33,661 nucleotides of DNA. Origin: Octopus bimaculoides (taxonomy: Eukaryota). The notes beneath the pieces were generated by a model that was not told where the DNA came from, searched no databases, and saw only the letters and a list, made by a program, of their open reading frames with translations. Location of the stretch: the NCBI RefSeq assembly GCF_001194135.2, contig NC_069004.1, positions 14,260,941-14,294,601 of the forward strand, in the 5' to 3' direction. Below, piece by piece: positions 32,054 through 33,661 of the stretch. The translations under genes and the position numbers were made by a program. The number at the start of each line of letters is the position of its first letter. Within the stretch, counting starts at the first letter, position 1.

Positions 32054-32432
32054 TGGTGGCATGTAAAAAGCACCTTTCAAGTGTTAAGTCTCATGGAGGC
32101 AAAGTGGCTGAGCTCCTTTTGAGTGCTGGGCCTCACGGAGGCAATGATTGAGACCTCTAATAGTATGTCATGCTTGAGATGAAGACCCATCAAGCCAAGT
32201 ACAATCGCAGTTTTGGCAGATAGCGGTGTCATGCAAGTGGCACCCATGCTGGTGGCATCTAAAAGCACCCATTACACTCTCAGAGTGGTTGGCATTGGGA
32301 AGGGCATCCAGCTGTAGAAACCATGCCAAATCAGACTGGAGTCTGGTGCAGCCTTCCAGCTTACCAGCCCTGGTCAAGCTGTCTAACCATGACAGCATGG
32401 GACAACAGGCACTAAATGATCATGATCATGAT
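32054..32432 (+). mobile_element. RTE-type LINE 3' end (ORF end, 3'UTR and (GAT)n tail)
   Basis: LGLTEAM...KTHQAK-like ORF end (about 32125-32200), then GGTGGCATCTAAAAGCACCC...GGTTGGCATTGGGAAGGGCATCCAGCTGTAGAAAC...CACTAAATGATCATGATCATGATGAT. GGTGGCA.(T/G)TAAAAGCACC is repeated internally at about 32055 and 32251. Confidence 0.65.
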
Positions 32433-32979
32433 GATATATACANNNNNNNNNNNNNNNNNNNNNNNNNNNNNNNNNNNNNNNNNNNNNNNNNNNNNNNNNN
32501 NNNNNNNNNNNNNNNNNNNNNNNNNNNNNNNNNNNNNNNNNNNNNNNNNNNNNNNNNNNNNNNNNNNNNNNNNNNNNNNNNNNNNNNNNNNNNNNNNNNN
32601 NNNNNNNNNNNNNNNNNNNNNNNNNNNNNNNNNNNNNNNNNNNNNNNNNNNNNNNNNNNNNNNNNNNNNNNNNNNNNNNNNNNNNNNNNNNNNNNNNNNN
32701 NNNNNNNNNNNNNNNNNNNNNNNNNNNNNNNNNNNNNNNNNNNNNNNNNNNNNNNNNNNNNNNNNNNNNNNNNNNNNNNNNNNNNNNNNNNNNNNNNNNN
32801 NNNNNNNNNNNNNNNNNNNNNNNNNNNNNNNNNNNNNNNNNNNNNNNNNNNNNNNNNNNNNNNNNNNNNNNNNNNNNNNNNNNNNNNNNNNNNNNNNNNN
32901 NNNNNNNNNNNNNNNNNNNNNNNNNNNNNNNNNNNNNNNNNNNNNNNNNNNNNNNNNNNNNNNNNNNNNNNNNNNNNNN

Positions 32980-33029
<50 letters not shown>

Positions 33030-33188
33030 CATCATCATCATTTAGATGTGCCAGTGATAGATATGAATACATGTACAGATGTAATAGACAATCATGTAGT
33101 AACACTTCTTTAATGCCCCTCCTCTCTCTTTCTCTTCCCCCTCTCCCTCTCTATATCTGTCTGTGTATATTTACGTCTGTATTTGTAT

Positions 33189-33290
33189 GTGCATGGATTA
33201 GTGGTTAATGTGTTTGGAACACAATTGCAAGAGAGTGTGTTCGATTCCCAGTGATGTATTGTGTCCTTGAGCAAGACACTTTATTTCACT
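33189..33290 (+). mobile_element. 5' fragment of SINE family A
   Basis: GCATGGATTAGTGG...GTGTTCGATTCCC...TTGTGTCCTTGAGCAAGACACTTTATTTCAC. Confidence 0.75.
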
Positions 33291-33324
33291 TTCTTCTGGC
33301 CCATTCAGCTGGCCACTCTGACCA

Positions 33325-33600
33325 GTAAGATGGGCAGTCATCCTTCAAGACTTCCTTCATCTCACCATGGATTTCTGCTGCACCTTTGCCTTGCAAAAAA
33401 AATGGAATTTCATGACCACTCACGCTTCAATTTTAACAAAATCCAACTGTAAGAGCTGCCATCATGCGTTAAATCTGCAGAAAAGAGAAAGAGGCATTGT
33501 ATACTGTAATGATTTTTTGCATATCTTCTAAATAGTCGTTTTACCTCCCCTGTAAAGGTAACAACTCTAACCTGTTGAAATACCCTTAAAGCTCCTCATA
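33325..33600 (-). mobile_element. Mariner 5' fragment (TIR plus transposase N-terminus)
   Basis: The minus strand begins TATGAGGAGC (TA plus a TIR-like end similar to that at 22251). It then reads KIEA*VVMKFHF / frameshift in a T-run / QGKGAAEIHGEMKEVLKDDCPSY, a mariner HTH start. Confidence 0.7.
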
Positions 33601-33628
33601 CACACACACACACATGTATATACATATA

Positions 33629-33661
<33 letters not shown>

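Noticed and set aside
33424-33474. 51-nt exon-like segment on minus (TTTCTCTTTTCTGCAG | ...GAAGC | GTGAGT) with the open frame DLTHDGSSYSWILLKLK
   Set aside because: It lies inside a mariner 5' fragment; another frame gives the transposase start (KIEA*VVMKF..GKGAAEIHGEM). Exonisation cannot be excluded without RNA data.

Overview
Repeat-saturated, AT-rich animal genomic DNA from a gapped short-read scaffold, with 11 N-gaps that nearly all abut microsatellites. The SINE/LINE/microsatellite landscape suggests an octopus (inference). The only host coding sequence I can support is the first coding exon of a tomosyn/STXBP5 gene on the minus strand (3215-3355, ending at a canonical GT donor). An out-of-frame upstream ORF overlaps its start region. 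The rest is intron or upstream DNA made of microsatellites, a 2.2-kb purine-rich tract and decayed mobile elements. These include three tRNA-derived SINE families, two R4/Dong-like RLE LINE ends, RTE LINE ends, a Penelope-like GIY-YIG element, Tc1, mariner, maT-like, pogo/Tigger-like and Chapaev3-like DNA transposon relics, a Helentron-type non-autonomous element, two MITEs, and an apparently perfect 158-bp-arm palindrome. Most ORFs in the supplied track are microsatellite translations or span N-gaps. All family assignments come from motif recognition by eye; no database search was run. I found no convincing new biological system; the best leads are the uORF/start-codon arrangement of tomosyn, the palindrome and the modular SINEs.
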